Shown one piece after another: positions 48,501 through 59,700 of a DNA stretch of 64,000 bases. The position numbers were made by a program, and so were the translations under genes. The notes beneath the pieces are model-generated. The model was not told the DNA's origin. It saw only the letters and a list, made by a program, of their open reading frames with translations, and did no database searches. Source of the DNA: a virus (lineage: Duplodnaviria > Caudoviricetes); the IMG/VR virus record IMGVR_UViG_3300026116_000035; one strand, given 5' to 3'. Within the stretch, counting starts at the first letter, position 1; every line of letters begins with the position of its first letter.

Positions 48501-50440
48501 TTCCTAGTTCTGTTTTTTATAAAATGATTAGGCAGACAATTGAAAAGAAAAAGAGAATATTTCCAAAAGTATTAGAAAGTTTATTTGTAAATCAAGTAGA
48601 TGGAACAAAAGAACAATTAGAAATTAATGAAGATCAAATAAGATATAGATGTGCACTATTGAGTTTTAATGATGATGAAAGTTCAGAAAAATTCTTAAGT
48701 GGAAACGGTTCTAGTTTTAAATTTGTAACTGGGTCTGATGGATTTTTAGGTGGTCGAGATTTAAAAAATATGTTTCAAGAAGCTAATCCAGATTTAAAAG
48801 AAGGATTAACTTATAAACCATTAAAATCTATTAATTCAGTTCTTTCTGGACAGTTAAAACAGACTGCTATATTTAATTTTCAAATTAAGATTACAGCAGT
48901 TCAAACAAATAGTATTTTTGCTGCTGGAGTTAATGTTTCACGAGCTACAGAAATTGCGAATAGATTAAAAACAAAAGGAATTACAGTTACAAATCCTATC
49001 ACCACTCAAATTACAACTCAAGTAGCGGCACTAGGGTTAATTGATGAAATAGCTAGATTAATTGCTGAGAGACAGAATTTAATAAAAACTATATCTAATG
49101 CTATGAAGAATCTTAGTGATGGAGTTGCTGTAAATACTGATCCGAAAAAAGCAAGAGCATTACTTTATCCAGCAATTAACACAAAAACAACTATGCCTGA
49201 TTTATTAGAGCATATGATTGAGGATGAAGATAATGATGATTTAGGTCCAGGATCAGGGGCTAGATATATAATTAGAGATAATCAAATTTTAGACTTAAGT
49301 ATTACGGAAAATGCTCCAGAATATACCAGTGTAGAAGTTCATGGATTATTTGCAGAGGGTTTGGCTTCTCCTCCAAACGCATTTAATTCTAATTCTGGTG
49401 GTAATTTAATTTCTAGTGCATTTGCTACAGATTATGATTTATGGAGAATGTATGGATTTAAAAAATCTCAACCAATTCCAGCGCATTCTTTATCTGATCC
49501 TGATTCGCAACTTGCCCCATTAGCTGTATTTCTTTTAAATAGAGCTAGAAAAAATATATTAAGAGGAAATTGCAGTATTATTGGAAATGAATATATGCAA
49601 GCTGGTGAAGTTATATATATAGAAAGTAAAAATTTATTATTTTATGTAGAAGATGTCAAACATTCTTTTTCTTATAGCGGACAATTTCAAACATCATTAA
49701 GTTTAAGTTTTGGTCATGCTCCTGGTGAATATATACCTACTATGTTAGATATAATTGGTAAAGCCTTATATTCTAAAAAACATAATGCAAATTTGGTTAG
49801 GCATGTTCGTCAGGGTTATGCAAATGGAGAAATTCCAATTACTTCATTAATAACAGAAAATAATATTGCAAATTCTGATATGGATAATTTAATTGGCGGT
49901 ACATTTGGTAATCAGAATAGAAAAAATTTAATTAATATGGTAGTATCAGCTAGTGGTATTTTAACTCCAAATGTAGGTAAAAAACCAGTCTTAGAATTAA
50001 GAATTTATTATAATTCTGCTGCTGATACAAATTTAATTAATATAGCAAATACCGTACATGATTGGATATTAAATCCTACTTCTAAATCTTTGGGAGGTGA
50101 TTTATTACCAGATGCAAAATATGATGGAAAAATTGGATTAAATCCTGAAGATATTAAAGTTGTTCAAGTGAAATTAGATGATACTAGTGTTTCTGCTTCT
50201 CCTTCACCTCAAGCTTGGAATTTGGTAAGAAATGCTATAGATACAAAGCCATTTCCATTTAATCCCGCTATTGAGACTCAGGAACAAAATGTATTGTTCC
50301 ATAATATTATTGATGCTTGGGTAACATTTGAAGATATTCCGCAAACTGTAGCTACTTCAAAAATTGCTATTGGGACGAATCAAGATGCAATAGCGGCAGA
50401 GCAAAAATTATTAAATGATATAGGTGCTAAGAATGGGTAG
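45566..50440 (+). CDS. Baseplate hub protein (gp27/gpD-like, much enlarged)
   Basis: GSCSLTIEDP early in the protein and RGNCSIIGN...AGEVIY...FYVEDVKHSF...F.TSLSLSFG late in it. Confidence 0.7.
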   Translation: MSFLGNISTAGNKLLGAINEQFTPGENTPRSLDSVDPSDPDRTTNFGTLGDFASKIDKSALRSYVETGLIRNVKPHNLEILMQEPELTVIVKKRLFSSLIDNYRFELMSPEDKLFIRASKKLFKNKCQAIATYEKLTKIDRIVKNTGILNEFLVPQIIAGINGLSALGVNIVDGKTKNILDTLQKVMSFSDPSQITNWNVANDPAFYSEMGEGTGTFDLTLISSINTTTSTKFGNGSCSLTIEDPYNLMSITEEDIEKALADASSIFNSSSFFRETQDTLDKIISDYKKQLNDSRVRRGAAPINFLINDDTILYRRVRAIVDEIGQEIFFNYDPGVLGVASSVDVDDKGLPVLNQLNSGELKLFISITKNIYQLLNLQRSTQSQLNNLDDATHENVNYVRDKMTLHYMGKTIIQTMDVIHVFMSSKTSLDNKVIGFDKASLSGGSLLGALNNATNNLQQSFNNIAGFFGGNVQNTMIEAEKDAIVGAEFPTWLWLLLRNTFTRQSAGVQVFTGVVGPATSSYNASDGKYIVNISAEDNTKYMRMGQINIKPSTDVYNGPLYDPLTPFKLDFDASTGFQNGEFPELLDENKKLLQSGLIKFKNGPMRGSIASESLYKLQNGEPVQGSSSLNYRVVLNDPDGFIYRWKSGIGALTTFGTPNPLTSIDTKLGQSLTKDPFAGQDVMNVLSLLVTGQPYNYNTFVVSGIKSGNLSRDDILNQDGSVSFYRGLVASLTKDNLTWGNFIPFKHEIINERSLNFLVKGQFDVSTANTKLNDLLQQRANFLDQLSLTANGKEFATNPQAFAINSNYVPKLSNTEITANDPAVIAAQSIVNINKEIAVITNDLFNYLSLANINNGSLKFYGDDISYDPNISDDNSLTEEQKVKNRKEFRKKLNYLTQRRLWKVKANEDVNLFIVDDQYDKNYDIQAFEKTLAGKLSLLNPEYTQVGDQIPRIAAELGLEVFADSQGHIRARPPAYNKVPSSVFYKMIRQTIEKKKRIFPKVLESLFVNQVDGTKEQLEINEDQIRYRCALLSFNDDESSEKFLSGNGSSFKFVTGSDGFLGGRDLKNMFQEANPDLKEGLTYKPLKSINSVLSGQLKQTAIFNFQIKITAVQTNSIFAAGVNVSRATEIANRLKTKGITVTNPITTQITTQVAALGLIDEIARLIAERQNLIKTISNAMKNLSDGVAVNTDPKKARALLYPAINTKTTMPDLLEHMIEDEDNDDLGPGSGARYIIRDNQILDLSITENAPEYTSVEVHGLFAEGLASPPNAFNSNSGGNLISSAFATDYDLWRMYGFKKSQPIPAHSLSDPDSQLAPLAVFLLNRARKNILRGNCSIIGNEYMQAGEVIYIESKNLLFYVEDVKHSFSYSGQFQTSLSLSFGHAPGEYIPTMLDIIGKALYSKKHNANLVRHVRQGYANGEIPITSLITENNIANSDMDNLIGGTFGNQNRKNLINMVVSASGILTPNVGKKPVLELRIYYNSAADTNLINIANTVHDWILNPTSKSLGGDLLPDAKYDGKIGLNPEDIKVVQVKLDDTSVSASPSPQAWNLVRNAIDTKPFPFNPAIETQEQNVLFHNIIDAWVTFEDIPQTVATSKIAIGTNQDAIAAEQKLLNDIGAKNG

Positions 50441-52418
50441 TACAGGCGGAAAATTAGGATTATTAAGTGAGGCTATCATTGATAGTTACAATGATAATGG
50501 AACTGTTAATGTAAAAATACCTACAAATGATAGTTTAATTGTAGCTTCATTACCTTTGGCATTTTGTAGTCCTAATGGGGCTTTTATTGGCGGTTATCCT
50601 TCGATTGGTACCTCTGTATCTATTTCGTATGGTCAGGGCAAATATTTTATATCTTCTTATTTACCTACATCTAAAGTATTTAATAATTCTACTCGAAATT
50701 TAATGAGTGAATTTGGTCCTGGTAAAATTCTATTACAGACTGAAAAAGCTGCAAATAGAATTTTAATGGATCCGAATGATGGAATTTCAATAGGGACTTC
50801 AGTTGCTAATGAAAAAATTGATAATAAAAGAAGTATTTGGAGTCATAATTTATCTACAGAAATGTCTTTTACGGCAGCACATCGTTCAATAATCGGTGTA
50901 ATTCAAAGAGATATAAAAGAAAATTCAACAAGAAATATTTCTAGTTCGATATTAGACTCTCATGAATATAGTGATTCATTAGTTAATATTGGTATGGATC
51001 CTACTACAACAATATCAATTAATAGTACGAGTAATTTAATTAGAAATTTGCCTTTAGTTGAAAATCATGAAATTATTTATGAATTTCAGAATTTTGATAA
51101 TGGAATAACATTTACTAATGATGAAGATGAAGCTGGCAGGTATATTTCTAAAAAACCTGCAAAAAGACCTACACAAGTATTAAGAAAAGATAGTAGGACA
51201 GATATTTTTAATTTGAATTTAAATAATCCTAATCATTTAATGGAAATATTAAAAGGTACTGGAGTTGATTTATATGGTAATATATTAGATTTAAATAGAA
51301 ATGTTTTACCAATAGGATTATTAGATTCATTTAGTTTATTAAAAAATTCGGATAAAAAAGATGCATTTAGTAAAATTAGAGCTTTACATAGAAAAAGTTT
51401 AGCATTTCATTTTGAATTAAATGCTAGAAAACAAACAGGAAATGATGATGTAAGTCAAATTCCAAATCCTATTTCGGTTGAAAATTATGGAAGAGATCGA
51501 AGTAGATTATTTATTGATATTGATAAAGAGGGGCAATTTAAAATAAATATTCCGGCATCAAGTGAAACTGGAAATGTGCCTTTATTAACTAGATATGAGA
51601 CTGCTTCAACATATGCGGCAAATTTAGGTTTAGTAAATGATCCTGATGTTTTAATAAAAGAATCAAATAATAAAGATATTTTGCATCAAGATTTTAGTAA
51701 TGCTTCTACAGTATTTTTAAAATCAGATTTAGATGGATATGAAGGTCCAATAGATATATTAAAAAATAAACCGATAAATTTAGGTACAGCTTATCATGAT
51801 ATTAAAAAAACAATATTACAGCATCAAAATACAGGTAGAGAGACATTAATTAATTATTTTGATGATGGGCAAATATATTTAAATACTATAGGATATTTAG
51901 ATAAAGTAGTAAGTGATACAGTATTTGTACATGGTCCTAATGCAAATGCTGGAGGAAGATCTGGAACTTTTAATTTTGATGGCATGATTTCGTATTCTAT
52001 TGGGGCAAATACAGTAGATCGTCAATCGGTTTGGGCAGATTATGCTGGTGGAATTGTAAGTAATGTTGGAAGGGATTTAAGAGGGAATAGTCTTTTAACA
52101 ACATTTGATGGAGCTGTTCGTTGGCAAATTGGATCTACTGGAGTTTCGGGAGATTCTAGATTTAAAAATGAAAATAATGCTCATATGGCTGGAACGTTAG
52201 ATATTAGAGTTGTTGATGGAACTGGTCAATTATCTATAATAAGAGTTGATTCAAAAGGTATTTCTATTGCTTCGGCTGGTAGATTGGAAATAGCTGCTGA
52301 ACAAGATTTAATATTAAGATCTAACGGTAATATCTTGATGGAGAGCAAGAATTGTATCTTTTACCCGGAAAATAATATGGGTCGTATTGTTAAGAGAAAT
52401 GGAATTCCTGAAATTTAA
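50433..52418 (+). CDS. Baseplate central spike (gp5/gpV-like)
   Basis: N-terminal OB-fold pattern (TVNVKI..LP....GGYPSIGTSV) and C-terminal short beta-strand repeats. ATG at 50433 preferred over GTG at 50424. Confidence 0.65.
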   Translation: MGSTGGKLGLLSEAIIDSYNDNGTVNVKIPTNDSLIVASLPLAFCSPNGAFIGGYPSIGTSVSISYGQGKYFISSYLPTSKVFNNSTRNLMSEFGPGKILLQTEKAANRILMDPNDGISIGTSVANEKIDNKRSIWSHNLSTEMSFTAAHRSIIGVIQRDIKENSTRNISSSILDSHEYSDSLVNIGMDPTTTISINSTSNLIRNLPLVENHEIIYEFQNFDNGITFTNDEDEAGRYISKKPAKRPTQVLRKDSRTDIFNLNLNNPNHLMEILKGTGVDLYGNILDLNRNVLPIGLLDSFSLLKNSDKKDAFSKIRALHRKSLAFHFELNARKQTGNDDVSQIPNPISVENYGRDRSRLFIDIDKEGQFKINIPASSETGNVPLLTRYETASTYAANLGLVNDPDVLIKESNNKDILHQDFSNASTVFLKSDLDGYEGPIDILKNKPINLGTAYHDIKKTILQHQNTGRETLINYFDDGQIYLNTIGYLDKVVSDTVFVHGPNANAGGRSGTFNFDGMISYSIGANTVDRQSVWADYAGGIVSNVGRDLRGNSLLTTFDGAVRWQIGSTGVSGDSRFKNENNAHMAGTLDIRVVDGTGQLSIIRVDSKGISIASAGRLEIAAEQDLILRSNGNILMESKNCIFYPENNMGRIVKRNGIPEI

Positions 52419-52466
52419 AGATATATAGATAGAGTTAATAAATGATAAAACTGTTTGGAAATATTT

Positions 52467-54620
52467 ATGCCGTGTAATCCTAATGATACAACAATTAATG
52501 TACCTGCTGCCCCTGGTGTCCCAATTAATGGATTCGGTATACCTTTTTCGCCTCCCCAATTGCCATTAAAAGGAATTGAGCTTCCAAATATTGAATCAGT
52601 TTTAGATTTAGTCAATGAATTCACGGCCCGTTTTCCATCTTCAGATTTTAAACCAAATTTAGATGATGGGACAAATACAGTTTTAACAGCTTTAATGAGT
52701 TTGTTAGATCAAGTAGCTCCATTTTTATCTTTATATAAATTTTTTCAACCAGCGATAAATATGCTTTTATGCTTATTGGAAATTCTTTGTGCATTTCCTA
52801 ATCCATTTAAAATGTTTAGAGCTATGCGTCGATTATTTAAACGATGCTTACCTGATTTAATGAAGTTATTTCCATTTTTAGCTTTATTAGTAATGATTTT
52901 ATCTTTATTATTAATTATATTAGCTTTAATCGAATACATTATAGCTATGGTAGAAAAGCTAATTGAAGATTTATTAGCTAATATTATTACGTTAGAAAAA
53001 GGTTTATCATTACAAGATGATGATGCTGTATCAGCTACTGCAAGAAAAATTGCTCAATTACTTTGTTTAATGGAAAATTTATTTTCTGTATTAATTGCTA
53101 TTTCTTCTATTATTAGTATTATTCAAGCTTTAGCGGGGATTAGTGGAAAAAGTGCTTGTGGTGGTGGTGGTGCTCCTTCTGCTGGAGATGAAAGTTGTTG
53201 TTCTTCGGATGTTTGCCCTCCATTTGTCACAGATAATCCTGATGGCATTGTTGGAATTAGTGGCGAATTAATTTATTATAATAGAATAAATACTGATCTG
53301 CGAGGAATATTTGGTGCTCTTACAGCTGAACAAGCTGGAGCATTTAATTTACCAGCTCTTAGAAATGAATCTTGGCAATTTATAAATCAGGCTACAAATC
53401 AGCCCTATCCATTTAAGGATATAATTACGGCAATTAATGGTGGTGATATTTTCTTTCCTGAGGGAGTAACATTTAATAAAAATACTCGACCAAATAAAGC
53501 TCCATATACTTTAGATTTAACTTTAACAGATTTTGATCCTAAAGTTTTTCTTAATTATGAATTAAGTGCAGGTAGAGATTTCTTAATAAAAGATTTAATT
53601 ATTACTGAAAAACCTTATATTGGAGTATTAGATTTTGATAATAATTTAAATTATTCATTAAATAGCAATGGTACTTTTAATTTAGCTGGTGGTTTAGTAT
53701 ATGAAATTGATCAAGTTACAAAAGCAGTAAATCCTTATTATGTAAATGGAGCTCATGCAACAATTGAAAGTTTTATTCATCATAATCCTAAATTTGGGTA
53801 TTTGCCGGCAATTGATGATGGATACATGATTGGCGATGTTAAATTTACATTAAATATTAATCATGAAACTTTAATACATTATGGATTAATTACGTTAGGT
53901 TGTCATCCAGATATTGCTCAAGAACGATTTGTAGCTAATACAAGTATTGAGTCTATTGGCTTTGATGCAATATCTGTTAAATTACCTGATGTTGGAGCGA
54001 ATGGAATTTTACCAGATGCTTTAGGGGCTCAAAAATGCACAGCGGCGGCAATTGAAAAATTAAGAGCTAGTGTATCTCCAGAAAATGTAGCAATATTTCA
54101 AGCAGAAATTGATGCATGTTTAAGTCAATTACGTTCAGAGGTATTACAATCTTACTGTAATATTTTAAGAGCTGGGGTTAGTGCATATGAAAGTACTATT
54201 AAGATAAATAATGATATAGAATTTATTACTCGTCCAATTAAAGTTGATGTACAATTATTAGATCCAAATGGTACATTAATTTCATTTAATATTCCTCCGA
54301 GTTGTATTCCAGAGATGGAAGAAGCACTTCAAGGAAATGTTACATTAGGTAAAATTTCTGACTTTAAATATGATGGAACTTCTACATTTAAAGCTGAAAT
54401 AACTAGTAAAGAAGCTGGTAATGGTGAATTAACTGTTACTTTTGATGGAAATACCTTTAAAAAAATAATTGGAACAGATGAAACGCCAAGTATTATTAAA
54501 GATAATATCTTAGCTTATCAATTTATTAGTACAAGTATTATTTCTAAGGTTCCTGGGTCTTCTACTTACGAAGAACAAGTACGTCGTGATGATAGTGATA
54601 TTGCTGGAGATAATCCATGA
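52467..54620 (+). CDS. Baseplate-region protein with hydrophobic helices and a C-terminal Ig-like region
   Basis: Long hydrophobic segments (FPFLALLVMILSLLLIILALIEYIIAM). ATG at 52467 preferred over TTG at 52455. Confidence 0.5.
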   Translation: MPCNPNDTTINVPAAPGVPINGFGIPFSPPQLPLKGIELPNIESVLDLVNEFTARFPSSDFKPNLDDGTNTVLTALMSLLDQVAPFLSLYKFFQPAINMLLCLLEILCAFPNPFKMFRAMRRLFKRCLPDLMKLFPFLALLVMILSLLLIILALIEYIIAMVEKLIEDLLANIITLEKGLSLQDDDAVSATARKIAQLLCLMENLFSVLIAISSIISIIQALAGISGKSACGGGGAPSAGDESCCSSDVCPPFVTDNPDGIVGISGELIYYNRINTDLRGIFGALTAEQAGAFNLPALRNESWQFINQATNQPYPFKDIITAINGGDIFFPEGVTFNKNTRPNKAPYTLDLTLTDFDPKVFLNYELSAGRDFLIKDLIITEKPYIGVLDFDNNLNYSLNSNGTFNLAGGLVYEIDQVTKAVNPYYVNGAHATIESFIHHNPKFGYLPAIDDGYMIGDVKFTLNINHETLIHYGLITLGCHPDIAQERFVANTSIESIGFDAISVKLPDVGANGILPDALGAQKCTAAAIEKLRASVSPENVAIFQAEIDACLSQLRSEVLQSYCNILRAGVSAYESTIKINNDIEFITRPIKVDVQLLDPNGTLISFNIPPSCIPEMEEALQGNVTLGKISDFKYDGTSTFKAEITSKEAGNGELTVTFDGNTFKKIIGTDETPSIIKDNILAYQFISTSIISKVPGSSTYEEQVRRDDSDIAGDNP

Positions 54621-56296
54621 GTGATATAAATATAGAAATAATTCAAGAATCAGGTTTTGATGATATTCAAAATGTTATTACTGATATTGAAGAATTATCA
54701 AAGCAATATGTAGGACAAATTGATTTATTAAAAAGTATTTTTAAACCAGCTACATCTAATTCTGTATCTATTGCAAAAAATATTATTAATGTAGCAGATA
54801 TTAATATTGACCATCCTCCAGAAAGTAGGACCCATTGTTTTTATAGAATGATTGGATTTCCTGTTTTAGCACCTGATGGATCATTTTATAATCCAGGATA
54901 TGAACCGAATATAGGAAGTTCATTAGAAAAAAGATCAAAGGTTAATGCAGCTTTTTTAGCTAATAAACAATTAACTATGATTATGCAACAAAGAGAATTA
55001 TCGGTTTTAACTAGGCGTAATATTTTTGCTAATCAAGATATGAATTCTACAATATATGCTTTAGGATTAAGATATATTAAAACATTCTCAGGATATTTTG
55101 ATAAAAATTCTATGGGCTCAGATCCTCTTAAAGGAGATCCGCAAGTATTTACAATAAAGTCTAGAGTTGATGGTTTAGTTGATTTTTATCAAAATAATAA
55201 TGTTGTAAATACTACAAATTCATTTAGTAAACAAAATCATATACTTAGGCCATTCGTTGTAGATCCGTTAATTGCAGAGACGGTTAATCCTGTAGAGAAT
55301 AGAATTTGTGTTCCATTTTTAAATACAAAAGAAGATACAAAAATTAATATTCATTCAGCTCCTCTTAAAAGACCTATAATAGAATTTATTTGTAGATTGA
55401 GGTTACAGCAAGATAATAAAACTGATACATATTTTATAAATCAGGTTAATAAATTAATTTCTGGAACGAGTTCAAATTCTAATAGTTCTTTACAGGATAT
55501 TAAAAATACAATTTTAGCTTTATCTGGAAATGATAATTTATCTGAATTAAAGGATAATACGTTATTTTTGGATAATATTAATAATTTTTCAAGTGTACAG
55601 ACAGCTACATTAAATATGTTAATTAAAACTATTAAAGGATTAGTATTTCAATTAGACGCAACAATAAGAAATTTAGATATAATTACGAGAAAAATTGATT
55701 TTCAACCTATTCCTAATAAAGAAGGGCCAGAATTTGGTGGAGGTATTAGAAGTACAATAAATTCAGTTTATGATCAAAAAATAGCTAACTTAACTATATT
55801 AAATTTAAATAATCAAAGACAGCAACAATTAATTGCGGATAAATTGGGCGGTGGAAATGAATTATTTGCTAGCGCTGTAATTGCTTCTAGTCAAAAAAAT
55901 TACAAAACTGAAATAAATAATTTACAAAGACAGAAGGATGATTTGGCCAATGAAGCTTTAAATAATTTAGCTGATATTGAAAGAATTTGTGGAGAAGTGA
56001 GTGGACTAGGATTAATTGATATTTTAGCAATTTATACGGCATTATGGGCCATAGATATAGATTCATTAATTGGTTTACTTGATGATAAAGCATTTAATAG
56101 ACTTTATGATTTTAATGTTGAGTTAAGAACAAAAGAAGTAGAAGCTAGAAAATCTAGTGGATCAAGTGCAGTTACTTGTTTTGATGCATTAAAAAATTTT
56201 GAAACTAGTTTATTTAATATATTATCATTTGCAGATAAAATATTAGAAATGGCAGAAAGTTCACCATCAATAAATTCTGATAGTTATATTTATTAA
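54617..56296 (+). CDS. Hypothetical baseplate-region protein
   Basis: 559 aa, coiled-coil-like C-terminal half, ATGA overlap with the previous gene. Confidence 0.5.
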   Translation: MSDINIEIIQESGFDDIQNVITDIEELSKQYVGQIDLLKSIFKPATSNSVSIAKNIINVADINIDHPPESRTHCFYRMIGFPVLAPDGSFYNPGYEPNIGSSLEKRSKVNAAFLANKQLTMIMQQRELSVLTRRNIFANQDMNSTIYALGLRYIKTFSGYFDKNSMGSDPLKGDPQVFTIKSRVDGLVDFYQNNNVVNTTNSFSKQNHILRPFVVDPLIAETVNPVENRICVPFLNTKEDTKINIHSAPLKRPIIEFICRLRLQQDNKTDTYFINQVNKLISGTSSNSNSSLQDIKNTILALSGNDNLSELKDNTLFLDNINNFSSVQTATLNMLIKTIKGLVFQLDATIRNLDIITRKIDFQPIPNKEGPEFGGGIRSTINSVYDQKIANLTILNLNNQRQQQLIADKLGGGNELFASAVIASSQKNYKTEINNLQRQKDDLANEALNNLADIERICGEVSGLGLIDILAIYTALWAIDIDSLIGLLDDKAFNRLYDFNVELRTKEVEARKSSGSSAVTCFDALKNFETSLFNILSFADKILEMAESSPSINSDSYIY

Positions 56297-56303
56297 GGAA
56301 ATA

Positions 56304-56732
56304 ATGTCTTTTGATTTAAAAATACTTAATGGAGATTTGGTTATCGGAACGAATGCTGATTTAGCTCAGGTTCAAGATACTGAAAAATTAATTCAGGATG
56401 TATTAAAAATATTAATGACAGAGGTGGGAGCTAATCCCTGGTTTCCCTGGTATGGCTCTTTATTATCAGGATCAATGGTAGGTTCTCCGTTTGATTCTAA
56501 ATTTATTGCTACTATGGCAGAAAATCAGATTCGATCAAGTTTAGAAATAATTCAAGGATTACAAAGAGATCAAGCTACTAAACAATTAGTAACACCAAGT
56601 GAGTTATTGGCAGCCATTAAAAGTGTAAATGTGGCAAGAAATCAAATAAACCCTATGTTTTTTTCTATAAGTTTGGCAATTTTAACTAAAAATTTAACAG
56701 TAGCAAATACTAAATTTAATGTAACACTTTAA
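56304..56732 (+). CDS. Baseplate wedge subunit (gp25/gpW-like)
   Basis: 142 aa; DL.I..GDLVI, KLIQD..KIL.T..G....P.YGS.L pattern; lies upstream of the J-like gene. Confidence 0.8.
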   Translation: MSFDLKILNGDLVIGTNADLAQVQDTEKLIQDVLKILMTEVGANPWFPWYGSLLSGSMVGSPFDSKFIATMAENQIRSSLEIIQGLQRDQATKQLVTPSELLAAIKSVNVARNQINPMFFSISLAILTKNLTVANTKFNVTL

Positions 56733-56777
56733 ACTAATTAAATCGCATATTTATGATTTATACTAATTAGGAATTTA

Positions 56778-59700
56778 ATGGCACGTATTCGGAGCTCAAA
56801 CGAAATAATATTAGCATTATTAGATTTTTATCGAAATGCTCAACCTAACTTGGATACAAAACCAGGGACAGTATCTAGAGATCTTTTGGTTGATGGTTTT
56901 GCTTCTCAATTATCTCGCTTATATGAAGAGTTAGCCCGAACATCTTCATTACAATCCTTACGATTAGCTTTAGGTTCAGATTTAGTTAACTTAGCCAGCA
57001 ATTTTGGAGTTTTTAAAAAAAATGGCTCCAAATCTAGTGGTCCAGTATTATTCACATTTAATTCATTAACTTCCGATATACCAATTAATAAAGGTGATAT
57101 TGTTACTGCCAGAAATGGTGCAACATTTGTGGTATCAAATGGTTTAGTAGTTAGCTCAGTTTTTGCTAATTCATTTAAGGCTATAGCATCTCAATTCAGA
57201 ACTGATTTAGATTTAGCAGGAATTTCTGATCAATATGCTGTTCAGGTACAAGTTGAAGCAACAGCAACTGGAATTCAAGGAAATATTTCGAAATATTCTA
57301 TAGTTTCAACATCTACTTCTGGTGTAAGTAATGTACTTAACGTAGTTCCTTTTGGCGGTGGAAAGGCAGCCGAAGATGAATCAGCGTTTAGAAGTAGAAT
57401 TTTATCGGTATTTTCCGGGTCAAATACGGGAACTTCTTTAGGATATAAAAATGCTGTGTTAAGTGATCCGGCTACAATAGATGCTGTAGTTATTGAACCT
57501 GGCGATACATTAATGACTAGGGATGGAACTCAAGTATTTACAGCTGAAAATGGAACAAAAACTATTATTTCTGAAGGATCTGGTGGTAAAATTGATATTT
57601 ATGTATTCGGAGCTAGATTACAAGAAGTATTAGATAGTTATATTTATAGAGATTTAAGTAATACTGGAAATGCTACAAATCCGGCTAACAATTTTGTATT
57701 GGGGCAATTATCTACTGATGATAATAAAACGGTAACTAAAAAACGTTTAGATGATCTGGCTAATGGAATTTTACCATCACAACCAATAAATAATGTAATT
57801 CAAGTTAGCGGTTCATTAAGTGGTAATAATTTTATTGAAAAATCAGTTGATAGTTTGGGTAGAGTATCAGGCAACTATGAAATTATAAAAGATACTGGTG
57901 CATATGGTGGTAGTCCATGGGGATTTGATAAATTATCTTGGATTTCTGACAGAGTTTCTGGATTTAAAGAAGATACTACAAAAGGTATATTTGACGGCCA
58001 AGATTCATTATCATTTTCTGATATTACTGAAATCCAAACAATTCAGCAAAATATTAGTATTGTAAATGAAAATAGTAAAGTTTTGCCGTCAGATCGTTCA
58101 ATGATTCAATTATCACATTATCCTATTTCTAATGTAACTAGAGTATTTAACGTATCAACAGGCGAAAGATATGTTATTGTAAATCAAAATCCTAATGGAA
58201 CAGGATCAGTAAATAATACCGGAAAAATTCAAATATCAGGTGGAAGTTTACCAGCTGTTAATGATATTTTACAAACTGATTATACTTGGTTATTTACATA
58301 TGATCCAAATTTTGATTATGATAATAAGGCTAATAAAAATAATATTAGGGCAGTTCAAGATAGCGTAGATTGGGGATTTTCTAATATTGTAAAGCGAGAA
58401 CAGGCTACATTAATTACTACAAGTTCCACCTTAACTGTAACTACAACTCATCCAATAAATAGTGTTATTAGTGTTAATGTATTTAAAAATGAAACCAACG
58501 CTGTTTCATATGTTTCGAATAGACTTTCAGTTGTTGTAAATTTTCCTGTTACGAATGTGGTTAGTGTAATTAGAACTTCAGATAATGCTGAATTATGGAA
58601 TACAAATAAATTAGACGGTACATTTAGTGGATTTACTATATTTTTACCAACAGATACATCGGCCAGTGTAGGTAATTTAATAGAAGTTGTTTATAATGCT
58701 GTTGATGTTTTTAATGTAGATAATAGTGAGGGAAGTTTTAATGATAATAAAATTACAATAGTTCCTAGTGCTACTGCTATAGCTGGTACTATTGTTGAAG
58801 TAAATTATATAGCAAATATAAATACATTATTACCATCATTAACTCTAGCTAATTTACCTGCAATAAGAGCTGGAAATTATTTTAATACTACAAATTTAAA
58901 TAATATTGGAAATCAACCGACTAGTCATATATTTTCTAATACGGGCGGTATAATTCAAAATTTAAGAAGTGCTCCAACAAGACTTGCTTTAACAATTTCT
59001 GGATCAATTTCTCCCGGAGTTATTACCGTATCTGGAACTACCATTTTTGGAGTTTTAGATGTTGTGTATACTGTAGGAACATCTGGATTAAAACAAGATT
59101 TAAGATCTGCTTTACGGACAGCTTTAGGATTAACTTCAGTATCGGATATTCCTTCTAATTTAAAAATAGCTAGATTAATTAGTTTAGAAAAAGTAGAAAC
59201 TACATCAAATTTAGATGTATTAAATATATTAAATAGTTTTGATATTAAGGGATATGGAATACGAGAAAATACATTTGTTAAAAATGAAGCTGTGGCTGAT
59301 TTAACATTAGGTGTTACAGAAATATCTTTACCAAATACGGTAAATAATAATGATAATTTACCGCAAGTTGGTGAACGATTAAAAGTTTCATTTTATTATA
59401 TATTAGAAAATTCTTCAGAAAATGTATTATTTTCAAAGGGTGGAACGCTTTATACTAATAAATCTTTTGCTTTTGTTGATTCTGTTGTTATTTCAAGTGG
59501 TTTTACTTCTGGATCATCTAGTTCCGCGTTATTAACTATTTCTAATCAAAATCAACCTACAACTGGTTCAAGATATAGTGTAATTTATGATTATATTGCG
59601 CCAAAACAAAATGAAAGAATTACTATTGATTATAATTACAATCAATTAATAGGTGATGCAACATTGGCTGTAGAAAATACTAGGCCAATAAACGCTGATG

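Noticed and set aside
473-52939. Short minus-strand and nested ORFs in the track (473-835, 2353-2565, 8561-8746, 8787-8987, 13754-13990, 15005-15199, 17759-17953, 35695-35949, 35805-36122, 37104-37292, 39018-39413, 41945-42172, 52314-52559, 52415-52624, 52745-52939), and likewise 55887-56093
   Set aside because: They lie wholly or mostly inside longer, well-supported genes, have no RBS or motifs, and read as shadow frames.
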